Shown piece after piece: positions 55,960-64,000 of a stretch of DNA of 64,000 nt. The position numbers and the translations under genes are program-made. Location: the NCBI GenBank assembly GCA_016187515.1, contig JACPJN010000007.1, positions 228,778 to 292,777 on the forward strand, given 5' to 3'. How positions within the stretch are numbered: the first letter of the stretch is position 1; every line of letters starts with the position of its first letter. Origin of the DNA: Candidatus Uhrbacteria bacterium (GTDB lineage Bacteria; Patescibacteriota; Patescibacteriia; GWA2-47-26). The notes under the pieces were generated by a model. That model was not told where the DNA came from and did no database searches. It saw only the letters and a list, made by a program, of their open reading frames with translations.

Positions 55960-56050
55960 TGTGTACGAATTACGAATCTTGTCCGAATGTTACGAATACA
56001 TTGATTAATGCAAATTCGTAGTATTCGCAGCGTCATTCGTAATTCGTATA
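55960..56050. repeat. long imperfect palindrome of TACGAAT / ATTCGTA heptamer repeats in the infB 5' region
   Basis: gtgTACGAATTACGAATcttgtccgaatgtTACGAATacattgattaatgcaaATTCGTAgtattcgcagcgtcATTCGTAATTCGTAtac. Also a 10-nt perfect palindrome ACAGTACTGT at 55953-55962. Confidence 0.7.
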
Positions 56051-56054
56051 CAAT

Positions 56055-59000
56055 ATGAACGTTACTGAACTCGCTCGTCGGCTTAAAGTGTCTCCGCAAG
56101 AGCTTCGGGAAATGCTCCCGGCGCTTGGTTTTGATATTGGCATGCGCGCGGTTAAAGTTGACGATCGGACGGCCTGGCGCATTATTGAGCAGTGGCCGCA
56201 ATTGCGCCGCCAATGGCAGACCCTGAAGCAAAAAGAAGACGTGGCCAAAGTCGCCGAGGTGGCCAAGGCCGCCCAGGAGGTAGAGCTTCCCGCGATGATG
56301 ACTGTCCGCGAATATGCCGCCTATCTGGGACTCCCGATTGCCCGAGTGATCTCCGAACTGATGAAAAACGGGATTTTGGCGGCCATGAATGAACGCCTGG
56401 ACTTTACAACGGCTTCCATCATCGCGCAGGATTTGGGCTTCAAGATCAAAGAAAAAACCAAACCAACCTCCATCGAGGAAGAGGTAATCTCCGATGTAAT
56501 CCGTGAGCGGCTCGGTCAAGAGACCGCCGAGCAGCTTAAAGAGCGTCCGCCGGTAGTGGTCGTTATGGGCCATGTTGATCACGGCAAGTGTATTACCGGC
56601 GATACTGAAATTGTGTTGGGGAATGGTGAATTAAAAACGGCTCAGGCATTTTGGGAGGAAGAAACTGCCACGCAATCTCCAATTGCTTCACCTGATGGTG
56701 AAGGTGAATTTGTTGCGCCTCGCTCAAATATCAGCACCATGAGTTATGACCCAGACAGCCATACCATGAAAGCTTCTAAAATTGAGGCGCTGTGGAGGAT
56801 GCCAGCGCCTCAAGCGCTTACTGAAATTAGGCTGCGCTCGGGTGATAAAGTAACGACCACGCCAGAGCACCCCTTCTTTGTGACAGACCTTTCGGGCGAC
56901 ATCAGGCAAGTACCAGCCCAAAATATCTCTGAGGGGCAGTTTGTGATTATTCCTCAAAAATTACCCACGCACAATACTCTCGAAAAATTAGCTCATGAAA
57001 TCATAGAAAGACTTGGCAAGAGCAAAGATTTACTTATTCTTCTTCACAAAACACGGGGTAAAGACTTTCTCACGCGCCTGGAATCAGCCAATAAACAAGA
57101 ATTGTTACGCCAAGGTATACTTTCTACAAAACCACGTTCAAAACAGTATGGACTAAGGAGATTGCGCGCCAGGGATTATATTCTTCTTGGTCGTAAGTGG
57201 CGCTACTGCGACTATGAACTGTGGGAAAGTGTTGAAGCCATAAAACATGCTTCAGAAAAACAAAGAGCATCTCACAAGAGCTTCTTTATACGCTTTCCTC
57301 AACCCAGTGATGACTTACGACAACTCGGATATATTATGGGATGCCTGGCTGGTGATGGTCATATTCCAACAATGCAACTTTCCAATAACGACGGTGATAT
57401 TCAAGAAGCCTATAAGGAAGCGCTGGAAACAATCTTTGGCATCACGACTACCAAATACTCCTACGCAGGCGCGTGTGATACTATCGTCACAACTGGCGGC
57501 GAATCTTTAGCTCGATTCATGTTCGAGATAGCGGGCTTTCCCAGAAAGCAAAAAAGCGCTACTATCACCCTCCCTGTAATCGCACAAATAAATTCGGATA
57601 TCTTTCGCGGCTTCATCGAAGGGTGGTTCGATACTGACGGATATGTATCACCGTTTAATTGGTGGGTAGAAATCACCAGCAAAAGTCACGCGCTGGTACA
57701 ACAATGCGCCACACTCTTACTGCAGGATGAAATTCATAGTGTGATTGCTGAAAAGAAGGGGTTTTTTACCTTGCGGATTGCCAACGAACCTTATCTTTCC
57801 AAGTTTGCCTCTGTCTATCACCCTTGCTGCATGAGAAAAGTCTCCAGATTGGCAGATGCCGTGCACCATGCGGGCACGAGCCGTATTTTTGATCTGACGC
57901 CACTCTCCGGGGGTAGTCTTTTATCTCAAATCAACGTACGAGGGGGTAATAAGACGGTGCCTTTCTTAAGTCGCTATCGAGATTATAGTCAACTGTCACG
58001 GCCATTTTTGCAAGGCTTATTGCCCAACGTCACTCCTCAGAGTGTCGCGGTACTGGACAGAATTAAACCCTGGCTGACAAGCGAGATAAGTTTAGTTCCT
58101 GTCATATCAGTCAGACAGGTGCCGCCCGGTGATGCTTTTGTCTATGATTTCACCGTACATAAAACTCATACCTTTATTGGAAATAGGATTGTACTCCATA
58201 ACACCAAATTGCTCGATGCCATTCGCAAAACTAATGTCGTGGCTACGGAAGCCGGCGGAATTACCCAGCATATCGGCGCTTATCAAACCGTCCGGCACAA
58301 CCGCAAAATTACCTTCATTGATACCCCCGGACACGAGGCCTTTACCACCATGCGCAGCCGCGGGGCGCGGGTGGCGGATGTCGCTATTTTAGTGGTGGCG
58401 GCCGACGATGGGGTCCAGCCGCAAACCGTGGAAGCGCTAAACATCATCAACGCCGCGAAAGTTCCGTTTGTGGTCGCCGTGAATAAAATGGACAAACCGG
58501 AGGCCAGCGCAGACAAAGTAAAACGCGAACTTTCGGAAAAAGGAGTAATCCCGGAGGATTGGGGCGGCAAAACTCCTTTCGCACCCATCTCGGCGAAATC
58601 CGGCCTGGGGATTGACGCGCTTCTGGATGTCATCCTCTTGGTCGCCGACCTGGAGAAAGAAAAAATCACGGCCAATCCGGAGGCGCGAGCGCTCGGCACC
58701 ATTATTGAGGCCCACGTTTCCCCGGGCGAGGGCGCGGTCGCGACTATGCTGGTCCAAAACGGAACTTTAAAAGTCGGCGATGCGCTGGCTGTGGGCCACT
58801 CACTCTACGGCAAAGTCCGCGCGATGAAGGCCTGGGACGGCGCGCTGGTTAAAACCGCCCCGCCCGGAATGCCGGTGCGCATCCTGGGGTTCAAGGTTGC
58901 TCCGGAAGTCGGAGACATCGCGGAGGTGCCGGAAAATCCCAAACTGCTCGAACTTAAAAAAGCCCGTCCAACTTTTGAAAAACTGGTGATTAGTCCTTTC

Positions 59001-59651
59001 AACACCCGGACGGAAGAAGAAATTAAGGCCCAAACCCTGATTAATGTGGTAATCAAGACCGACGTGCTTGGCTCGCTGGAGGCCATCCTGGCGAAATTGG
59101 AGCAACTGCAGACCCCGGAGGTCGCGGTAAAAGTCGTGGCTAAAGGACTGGGTAACATTACGGAAGCCGAGATTCTCCAGGCCGAGTCCTCCAAAGCCAT
59201 TGTCTATGGCTTTCAGGTGATCGCCCCGCCGGCCGTCCTGGAACTCGCGCGAGAAAAAAGCGTGGAGATTCAAATGTATAAAATTATTTACGAACTGCTT
59301 GACGACATTAAAGGCCGCTTGGAGGTGCTGCTGAAACCGGAAATTCTGCGCATTGCTTTGGGGAAACTAAAAGTCCTGGCGGTGTTTCGAAAAGAGCGGC
59401 ATCATGCTATTATAGGAGGACGGGTGGAGGAGGGCAAAGCCGTTAAAAAAGCCAGGGTAACGATCATGCGCGCGGGCGCCGAGGCCGGAGGCGGCGAGAT
59501 TACGGAATTGCAATCCGCTAAACAGGCGGTCTTGGAAGTGCCCGGCGGTTCGCAGTGCGGTCTGAAAATCAACACCAAAGCTGAAATTCAGGAAGGGGAC
59601 GTGCTCGAGCTGTACCGCGAAGAGAAAAAAGAGCGCAAACTTGCGCTTTGA
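56055..59651 (+). CDS. infB: translation initiation factor IF-2 precursor interrupted by an intein in the GTPase P-loop
   Basis: 1198 aa. G1 motif GHVDHGK split after K178 by CITGDTEIVL...FIGNRIVLHN, then TKLLDAIRKTNV resumes IF-2. Downstream G motifs DTPGHEAF and NKMDK. C-terminal IF-2 domains present. Extein about 660 aa. Confidence 0.9.
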   Translation: MNVTELARRLKVSPQELREMLPALGFDIGMRAVKVDDRTAWRIIEQWPQLRRQWQTLKQKEDVAKVAEVAKAAQEVELPAMMTVREYAAYLGLPIARVISELMKNGILAAMNERLDFTTASIIAQDLGFKIKEKTKPTSIEEEVISDVIRERLGQETAEQLKERPPVVVVMGHVDHGKCITGDTEIVLGNGELKTAQAFWEEETATQSPIASPDGEGEFVAPRSNISTMSYDPDSHTMKASKIEALWRMPAPQALTEIRLRSGDKVTTTPEHPFFVTDLSGDIRQVPAQNISEGQFVIIPQKLPTHNTLEKLAHEIIERLGKSKDLLILLHKTRGKDFLTRLESANKQELLRQGILSTKPRSKQYGLRRLRARDYILLGRKWRYCDYELWESVEAIKHASEKQRASHKSFFIRFPQPSDDLRQLGYIMGCLAGDGHIPTMQLSNNDGDIQEAYKEALETIFGITTTKYSYAGACDTIVTTGGESLARFMFEIAGFPRKQKSATITLPVIAQINSDIFRGFIEGWFDTDGYVSPFNWWVEITSKSHALVQQCATLLLQDEIHSVIAEKKGFFTLRIANEPYLSKFASVYHPCCMRKVSRLADAVHHAGTSRIFDLTPLSGGSLLSQINVRGGNKTVPFLSRYRDYSQLSRPFLQGLLPNVTPQSVAVLDRIKPWLTSEISLVPVISVRQVPPGDAFVYDFTVHKTHTFIGNRIVLHNTKLLDAIRKTNVVATEAGGITQHIGAYQTVRHNRKITFIDTPGHEAFTTMRSRGARVADVAILVVAADDGVQPQTVEALNIINAAKVPFVVAVNKMDKPEASADKVKRELSEKGVIPEDWGGKTPFAPISAKSGLGIDALLDVILLVADLEKEKITANPEARALGTIIEAHVSPGEGAVATMLVQNGTLKVGDALAVGHSLYGKVRAMKAWDGALVKTAPPGMPVRILGFKVAPEVGDIAEVPENPKLLELKKARPTFEKLVISPFNTRTEEEIKAQTLINVVIKTDVLGSLEAILAKLEQLQTPEVAVKVVAKGLGNITEAEILQAESSKAIVYGFQVIAPPAVLELAREKSVEIQMYKIIYELLDDIKGRLEVLLKPEILRIALGKLKVLAVFRKERHHAIIGGRVEEGKAVKKARVTIMRAGAEAGGGEITELQSAKQAVLEVPGGSQCGLKINTKAEIQEGDVLELYREEKKERKLAL
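56589..58202 (+). mobile_element. intein (538 aa) with double-motif LAGLIDADG homing endonuclease
   Basis: Begins with Cys (block A CITGDTEIVLGNG), block B TTPEHPFFV, ends VLHN before extein +1 Thr. LAGLIDADG motifs YIMGCLAGDGHI and GFIEGWFDTDGYV. Confidence 0.85.
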
Positions 59652-59683
59652 AATTTCTTTAGATATTTTCAAATCTAGCTAGT

Positions 59684-59941
59684 ATGACCATTCCGCTTTG
59701 GTTCATCCTTGTCCTCTGGGGAATCTTTATCGGCTTTACCGTACTTTTATCACTGGTCAATCTTTTTCATATCCTGCATTACGGCTTTTGGACTTTCAAG
59801 TCCGCGCTGTTTTCGCTCTTTTATTACGGAGCTGTAATCATTATTCTGTATTGGGCTTGGACCGAGCTCGGCAGTTTTAATTGGAATCAACCGCTCGTTA
59901 CGTTTGGCATACCGGCTTTTAGCATACCCGCTTCTTTATGA
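59684..59941 (+). CDS. small hydrophobic membrane protein
   Basis: 85 aa, three predicted TM helices (WFILVLWGIFIGFTVLLSLV...). Confidence 0.4.
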   Translation: MTIPLWFILVLWGIFIGFTVLLSLVNLFHILHYGFWTFKSALFSLFYYGAVIIILYWAWTELGSFNWNQPLVTFGIPAFSIPASL

Positions 59942-60045
59942 GTAAATCAAGTAAATAAGGTAAATCAAGCTCTTGATTTACTTGCCCCGTAGTAGAGCGA
60001 AGCTTCACTACAGGGCTTGCCTCGCTTGATTTACTTGCTTTACTT
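59942..60045. repeat. family S hairpin element with nested GC hairpin
   Basis: GTAAATCAAGTAAATAAGGTAAATCAAGCTCTTGATTTACTTGCCCCGTAGTAGAGCGAAGCTTCACTACAGGGCTTGCCTCGCTTGATTTACTTGCTTTACTTC. Confidence 0.75.
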
Positions 60046-60052
60046 CAATAAT

Positions 60053-60661
60053 ATGGATTTTTCAAAAATTCTTAAAAAACTGCTGCCGGTCCCCAAGGAA
60101 TACGAAAAACTGGCCGTCATTGTCAAGCGGCACTGGGTCACTTTTATTCCGTATGCGGCCCTGTTTTTACTGCTCGCCGCTCTGCCGGCGGGCGGGTATT
60201 TCTTTGCCAAAACCTACGAGCCGCAGCTTTTGGCCACTGTCTGGCTCCCGCTGATTTTTGTGCTGGGCGGCAGCGCTTGGTATCTTTTCGCGCTGCTTTT
60301 ATTTTTCACGCACTTCACGGATTTTTTTCTGGACGTCTGGATTGTTACCAACGAGCGCGTCATCGCGATTGTGCAAAAGGGTCTGTTCCATCGGGAGGTC
60401 TCCCAAGCGCGGCTGTATCAAGTTCAGGATGTCCGCGCGATCGTTAAAGGCCCGATCCAAATGATTTTTGGACTGGGAGATTTGCGGGTGGAGACGGCCG
60501 GACTGGGGCATGGCGAATTCCATTTTGACAATATCCCGGCGCCAAACGAAGTAGCCCGTCGAATTATGGAGCTCGTCGAAGGCGACCGCAAATATCATGA
60601 GGAAAAAATTCGTTTGCTCAAAATTGAAGAAACGCCCAGAATTATTGATTCCGGAGCGTAG
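60053..60661 (+). CDS. membrane protein with bacterial PH (YdbS/YdbT-like, DUF304) domain
   Basis: ORF 60017..60661; start MDFSKILKK. The upstream extension is encoded by a hairpin repeat. Two TM helices, then a PH-like region (DVWIVTNERVIAIVQKGLFHREVSQARLYQVQDV). Confidence 0.5.
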   Translation: MDFSKILKKLLPVPKEYEKLAVIVKRHWVTFIPYAALFLLLAALPAGGYFFAKTYEPQLLATVWLPLIFVLGGSAWYLFALLLFFTHFTDFFLDVWIVTNERVIAIVQKGLFHREVSQARLYQVQDVRAIVKGPIQMIFGLGDLRVETAGLGHGEFHFDNIPAPNEVARRIMELVEGDRKYHEEKIRLLKIEETPRIIDSGA

Positions 60662-60672
60662 TGGTGTTATAT

Positions 60673-60708
60673 TGTCCCAAAATCTCACGGCCGTGAGATT
60701 TTGGGACA
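60673..60708. repeat. 36-nt perfect palindrome TGTCCCAAAATCTCACGGCCGTGAGATTTTGGGACA (copy 2)
   Basis: Identical to 54314..54349. Confidence 0.8.
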
Positions 60709-60802
60709 GAATGGACGGGGTAGTTGCCGACGGCGGTTTCCAGGAAAATCAGAAAATCAGTGGTCTCCAGAAAAATTTAGAAGAATTGTACGAATCATTC
60801 TC

Positions 60803-63800
60803 CTACTTCACCCACTCTCCGATTTTCTTGTAGTTTTGAACTGCCCACTGACCGACCGACATTTTTGGATTGGCCTCATGAAGTTCCATGGCCTGGGCCA
60901 GCTTATAATGCGCATCATTTTCCGCTGAAAATAATCGAGCCGGACTAAATCGTGCCGGGGCATCTTCGATGAAATCCTTAACTGGCATATCATCCCACGC
61001 CATAAACCATCTTTCCGGAATCGCAAATTCGCCAAAGTGCAGCTTACCGTCCGCCGCTCGAAGTCCCCCTTCGTCAATCGGCCGCGTCAGCGCGCGCGCG
61101 TCGCGTGGAACCTGTACTCCCGCCTCATCAGGTGCTGGCGCCTCAACTGCTCCGCCTTCTGGCGCGACTGCGACCGCTGCGGCCTCGGCTTTTCCTCCAA
61201 ATTCTTTAATCGCGGACGTATAGGCCTTATCCAGCGCTTGTGCTAATTCATCTCCGGCATAGGGGTGGTCAAGATCAATGGGCGCGTCCAGTGCATGCGT
61301 ATATTCCTGCCCTTGCCAAGCCGCCGTGATTTTGTGAATAACGCCGTTTTCAACCGGCACAACATTATTTCCAAGATGCGCCGCGTAGTTATGCTCATCC
61401 GCCACATCTTCCGGCCTGACTTCTAATCCCGGAATGCCGGTAGTTTGGGCTTCATATTGCGCCACTTGTATTTCTGCTTTATGCACGGCTGGGCTCTTGT
61501 CAAAATCATCCACTATAATCTTTATACCAGTGCCATGTGCACGCGCGTCCATAATGCCCTGTGAGATACTTCGTTTCGTATTATTAAGGTAGGCCATCAT
61601 GGAAACATTGTATTTATCCGCCATGTGTTCAAGCTCCGGCATCAATGTTTTAAACTTGTCCACATCTTCAACAACAAGATCGCCATGGTCATCAAGGTGC
61701 ACTACATCCTTGGCTTTTGCAAGAAGCGCGTCTATTTTTGCTTGATCAAAATCTTTTGCAAACCACTGCGCGTGCAACCGCTCGTGATGCACCGTATGCG
61801 TCAATATTTTAATAATTTTCTCCGCGCGGTCCATTTCAATATCGGTTAAGTGATCACCTTTAACATCAAGATCCTGCAATATCACGCGCCGGAGCCCTTG
61901 CTGCACTTCTTCAAACCCATGCGCGCGATCACCAAGCGGAATTGTCAAACGATGACCATCAAGAACAGCCCGGTGCTCTTCCACAAGCGATTTAATCACC
62001 CCATGCTTGCTCAAAAATTCTTCCGGTGTCTCCACAGGCGGTGCTTCCGCCGCAGGGACCCCTGCGATAGCAGCGGGTTTCACTGGATGTACTTCCGAAT
62101 GCGTTTGTAGCGTTTCCTGTCCGCGCTCGCCGCCAAAGACAAGATGCCAAGCGCCCTTCATTCCTTTCCAAACCCGCTCTGGATAGCGCACAAAACTATT
62201 CCCAATCGCCGTAAATGGGCCATCTTTATCCCATTGATCCTGAAATTCCTGAACATTGCGCCGGATCGCTTCGGTTACTCCGCCATGATCCCATTGTGAA
62301 TACGCAGAAAATCCAATAGAAGCATAGCGCGCAGTAATGAGCAGTGCTTTTAATTTGTCCATTCCTTTCCCAGCCCAAAGCATGCCATATTCTTTCACGC
62401 CTTCCGCAATGGTTCGCTTGGCCACCACTTCCCACGCTTTTTCCAAAACTCCCGGCTCCAGCGCTTCTCCCTCACGCAAGGCCTTGGCGCGCAAATCCAG
62501 TTCATATTCTTTTTTCTGTTTAAGCGCGCGTTCAATCGGACCCATGGCAAAAAGAGCCAGACCGCGTGCAAGATACTGTTGGGTGACAAAAAGACCAGTA
62601 TTCACTGCCTCCTTTGCCAATGTAAAACCAGTTACTTTTTTAATTAAATAATCATCGACAATCCGGTCTCCGTCTTTTATTACCTGTTCGGTTGGAGCAT
62701 CGAATTCTTTTGCGCGCTTACTTAATGTATCCGCAATTTCTCCCAGTATTTGATCACGCCGTTTTGCCGATAATTTTCCATCTGAAACAAGCTGATTAAC
62801 TTGCGTCCGCAAGGTTTCCACTTTTTGGTCAAATACTTGGCGCTGATCTTCTGGCAGTGCAAAAAACCATAACGGCTCGTTTTCGCGGGTAAGTTTTCTC
62901 GCCTCCTGGGTAAACAGCTGGTCAATTTCTTTCATGATATTTCCCACGTTCTCGCCCACTGATTTCCGTGTCTTGCTTTCTTGCCTGCGTAGCGCAATGG
63001 CAAGCGGCAAATTTGCCCCAAATGCTTTAGTCAAGTTGTCAATTACAGTATTGTTAAGCAGTTTTTCAAATAATCTTCTTTTTGCCTTGCCTGGCTCTCG
63101 GGGCAATTGTTCAGTCGCGGCTTCGGCCGGCGGCGGTTCTACAAGTCGTGGGGTCTCCGGGACTGAAGGCGCTTCACGGGTCTCTGGAGTCACAGCAGGC
63201 GGGGCTGCTTCTGGCACGACCTCCGGCGCGGCCTGGCGAATCTCCTCGTCGGTTGCGCCTAGCCGCTCTTTAGCATCGCGGGCGGCTTTATCAAGTTCAT
63301 CACGCAAGCGAACAATTTCATCAAATCTCTGGGTTTGCAGTTCTTGAAGTGTACTTTGAAGGTCCGGGGGAATATCCGGCAAATCCAGAGCTGCTTGCGC
63401 ATTTATCGCTCCAAGTTGGTCAACAAGCTGACGATATTCTCGTGCTTCAGCGGGCTGTTTTTGAAAGCGCTGGCGACGGGCTTTAGGTGAAAGATCAAGA
63501 TAAGGACGCAACTTATCCAAAATACTTTGGGCCACAATTTTCAAATCCGCGATTTGCCCAGCGTAGGATTCCACCTCTTTTAGCGCATCTGCCTTGGCTG
63601 CCCGCGGACGGTACGGCACCACTGGCCCGCGCTCTAATTTCCGGGGAGAGATTTCTCCAGCGACAGCAAGACGCTCCCGCGCGCCTTCCGGCGGCGGGAT
63701 GACTGCTGGTCTGGTGTCTGGAAGCCCGGCGCCTGGCTCTACGCCAACTTCAGCCGGGGATGCGCGCTTAGCCGCAATCTCCCGGCCAATCGCAACACGC

Positions 63801-63859
63801 TCTGCATCGCTAAGCCGAGCGGCATTCGGCACTTCAAATTTTATCCGTGGTCTTGCCAT
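60803..63859 (-). CDS. large hypothetical protein (1018 aa ORFan)
   Basis: Single long minus-strand ORF, moderately GC-rich. P/A/E-rich N-terminal third, no nameable catalytic motif. Start overlaps/abuts the upstream partial gene. Confidence 0.5.
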   Translation of the reverse strand: MARPRIKFEVPNAARLSDAERVAIGREIAAKRASPAEVGVEPGAGLPDTRPAVIPPPEGARERLAVAGEISPRKLERGPVVPYRPRAAKADALKEVESYAGQIADLKIVAQSILDKLRPYLDLSPKARRQRFQKQPAEAREYRQLVDQLGAINAQAALDLPDIPPDLQSTLQELQTQRFDEIVRLRDELDKAARDAKERLGATDEEIRQAAPEVVPEAAPPAVTPETREAPSVPETPRLVEPPPAEAATEQLPREPGKAKRRLFEKLLNNTVIDNLTKAFGANLPLAIALRRQESKTRKSVGENVGNIMKEIDQLFTQEARKLTRENEPLWFFALPEDQRQVFDQKVETLRTQVNQLVSDGKLSAKRRDQILGEIADTLSKRAKEFDAPTEQVIKDGDRIVDDYLIKKVTGFTLAKEAVNTGLFVTQQYLARGLALFAMGPIERALKQKKEYELDLRAKALREGEALEPGVLEKAWEVVAKRTIAEGVKEYGMLWAGKGMDKLKALLITARYASIGFSAYSQWDHGGVTEAIRRNVQEFQDQWDKDGPFTAIGNSFVRYPERVWKGMKGAWHLVFGGERGQETLQTHSEVHPVKPAAIAGVPAAEAPPVETPEEFLSKHGVIKSLVEEHRAVLDGHRLTIPLGDRAHGFEEVQQGLRRVILQDLDVKGDHLTDIEMDRAEKIIKILTHTVHHERLHAQWFAKDFDQAKIDALLAKAKDVVHLDDHGDLVVEDVDKFKTLMPELEHMADKYNVSMMAYLNNTKRSISQGIMDARAHGTGIKIIVDDFDKSPAVHKAEIQVAQYEAQTTGIPGLEVRPEDVADEHNYAAHLGNNVVPVENGVIHKITAAWQGQEYTHALDAPIDLDHPYAGDELAQALDKAYTSAIKEFGGKAEAAAVAVAPEGGAVEAPAPDEAGVQVPRDARALTRPIDEGGLRAADGKLHFGEFAIPERWFMAWDDMPVKDFIEDAPARFSPARLFSAENDAHYKLAQAMELHEANPKMSVGQWAVQNYKKIGEWVK

Positions 63860-63865
63860 ACTGGT

Positions 63866-64000
63866 TAAGTCCTATTTTTCTTGCGCGGACGCACTTTGAC
63901 CCATTCCACAAACTCCGGCAATTGCTTAACATAGTCCGGCAGGTAGGTGACCAGAACATGGTTGGGGCAACTCACCTCCTCCGGGGAAACGCCGGATTGT
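63866..64000 (-). CDS. hypothetical protein, C-terminal fragment only (gene starts beyond window end)
   Basis: Manual translation of minus strand: ...QSGVSPEEVSCPNHVLVTYLPDYVKQLPEFVEWVKVRPRKKNRT, stop at 63866-63868. Confidence 0.3.

Overview
The window is a gene-dense fragment of a small bacterial genome at about 50% GC. I infer it is probably a Candidate Phyla Radiation/Patescibacteria-type organism from several features: a compact IF-2 carrying an intein, a short S1 protein, pervasive short intergenic hairpin repeats, surface-glycan and pilus genes, and many toxin-antitoxin modules. 

Gene content in order:
- 1-14.3 kb: a minus-strand nonulosonic-acid type sugar operon. It encodes a PIG-L deacetylase (partial), a NeuC/WecB-type 2-epimerase, a WbqC-like protein, two DegT aminotransferases, two SDR dehydratase/epimerases, a SAM methyltransferase, a GIY-YIG nuclease, a 461-aa unknown protein, a NeuB-type synthase, a NeuD-type acetyltransferase, a NUDIX-GNAT fusion and a UDP-sugar dehydrogenase.
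- 14.4-29.8 kb: ahcY, an AbiEi/AbiEii pair, an EamA-like membrane protein, an FAD oxidoreductase, an epimerase, a PfkB kinase, an AAA ATPase, ugd, an FtsH paralog, HU, and the conserved ymdB-rny pair.
- 30-39 kb: a GC-rich gene with a sigma-70 region 4 domain, an HTH + nucleotidyltransferase (NTase) pair, and a 1006-aa four-lamin-tail-domain surface protein. After these come tRNA-Leu(TAG), a MITE-like element, tsaE and two GC-rich ORFans.
- 39-51 kb: pilB/gspE, a membrane protein, canonical ftsH, rpsA, a GC-rich lipoprotein, vapBC, and livHMGF without a binding protein.
- 51-64 kb: a GC-rich coiled-coil protein, two homologous leaderless small-protein + AbiEii-NTase cassettes flanking comM, a zinc-ribbon miniprotein, infB interrupted by a 538-aa LAGLIDADG intein, a PH-domain membrane protein, and a 1018-aa ORFan.

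The most unusual signals are two families of short repeat elements inserted in-frame in essential genes, compared below to Rickettsia palindromic elements (RPE). One is a GC-rich CCCCTC-loop-GAGGGG hairpin element in at least eight genes; the other is a CTGTGAACT-based element in three genes. There are also several intergenic hairpin-element families, a chain of high-GC islets each with its own promoter or terminator, and a structured hotspot at tRNA-Leu.
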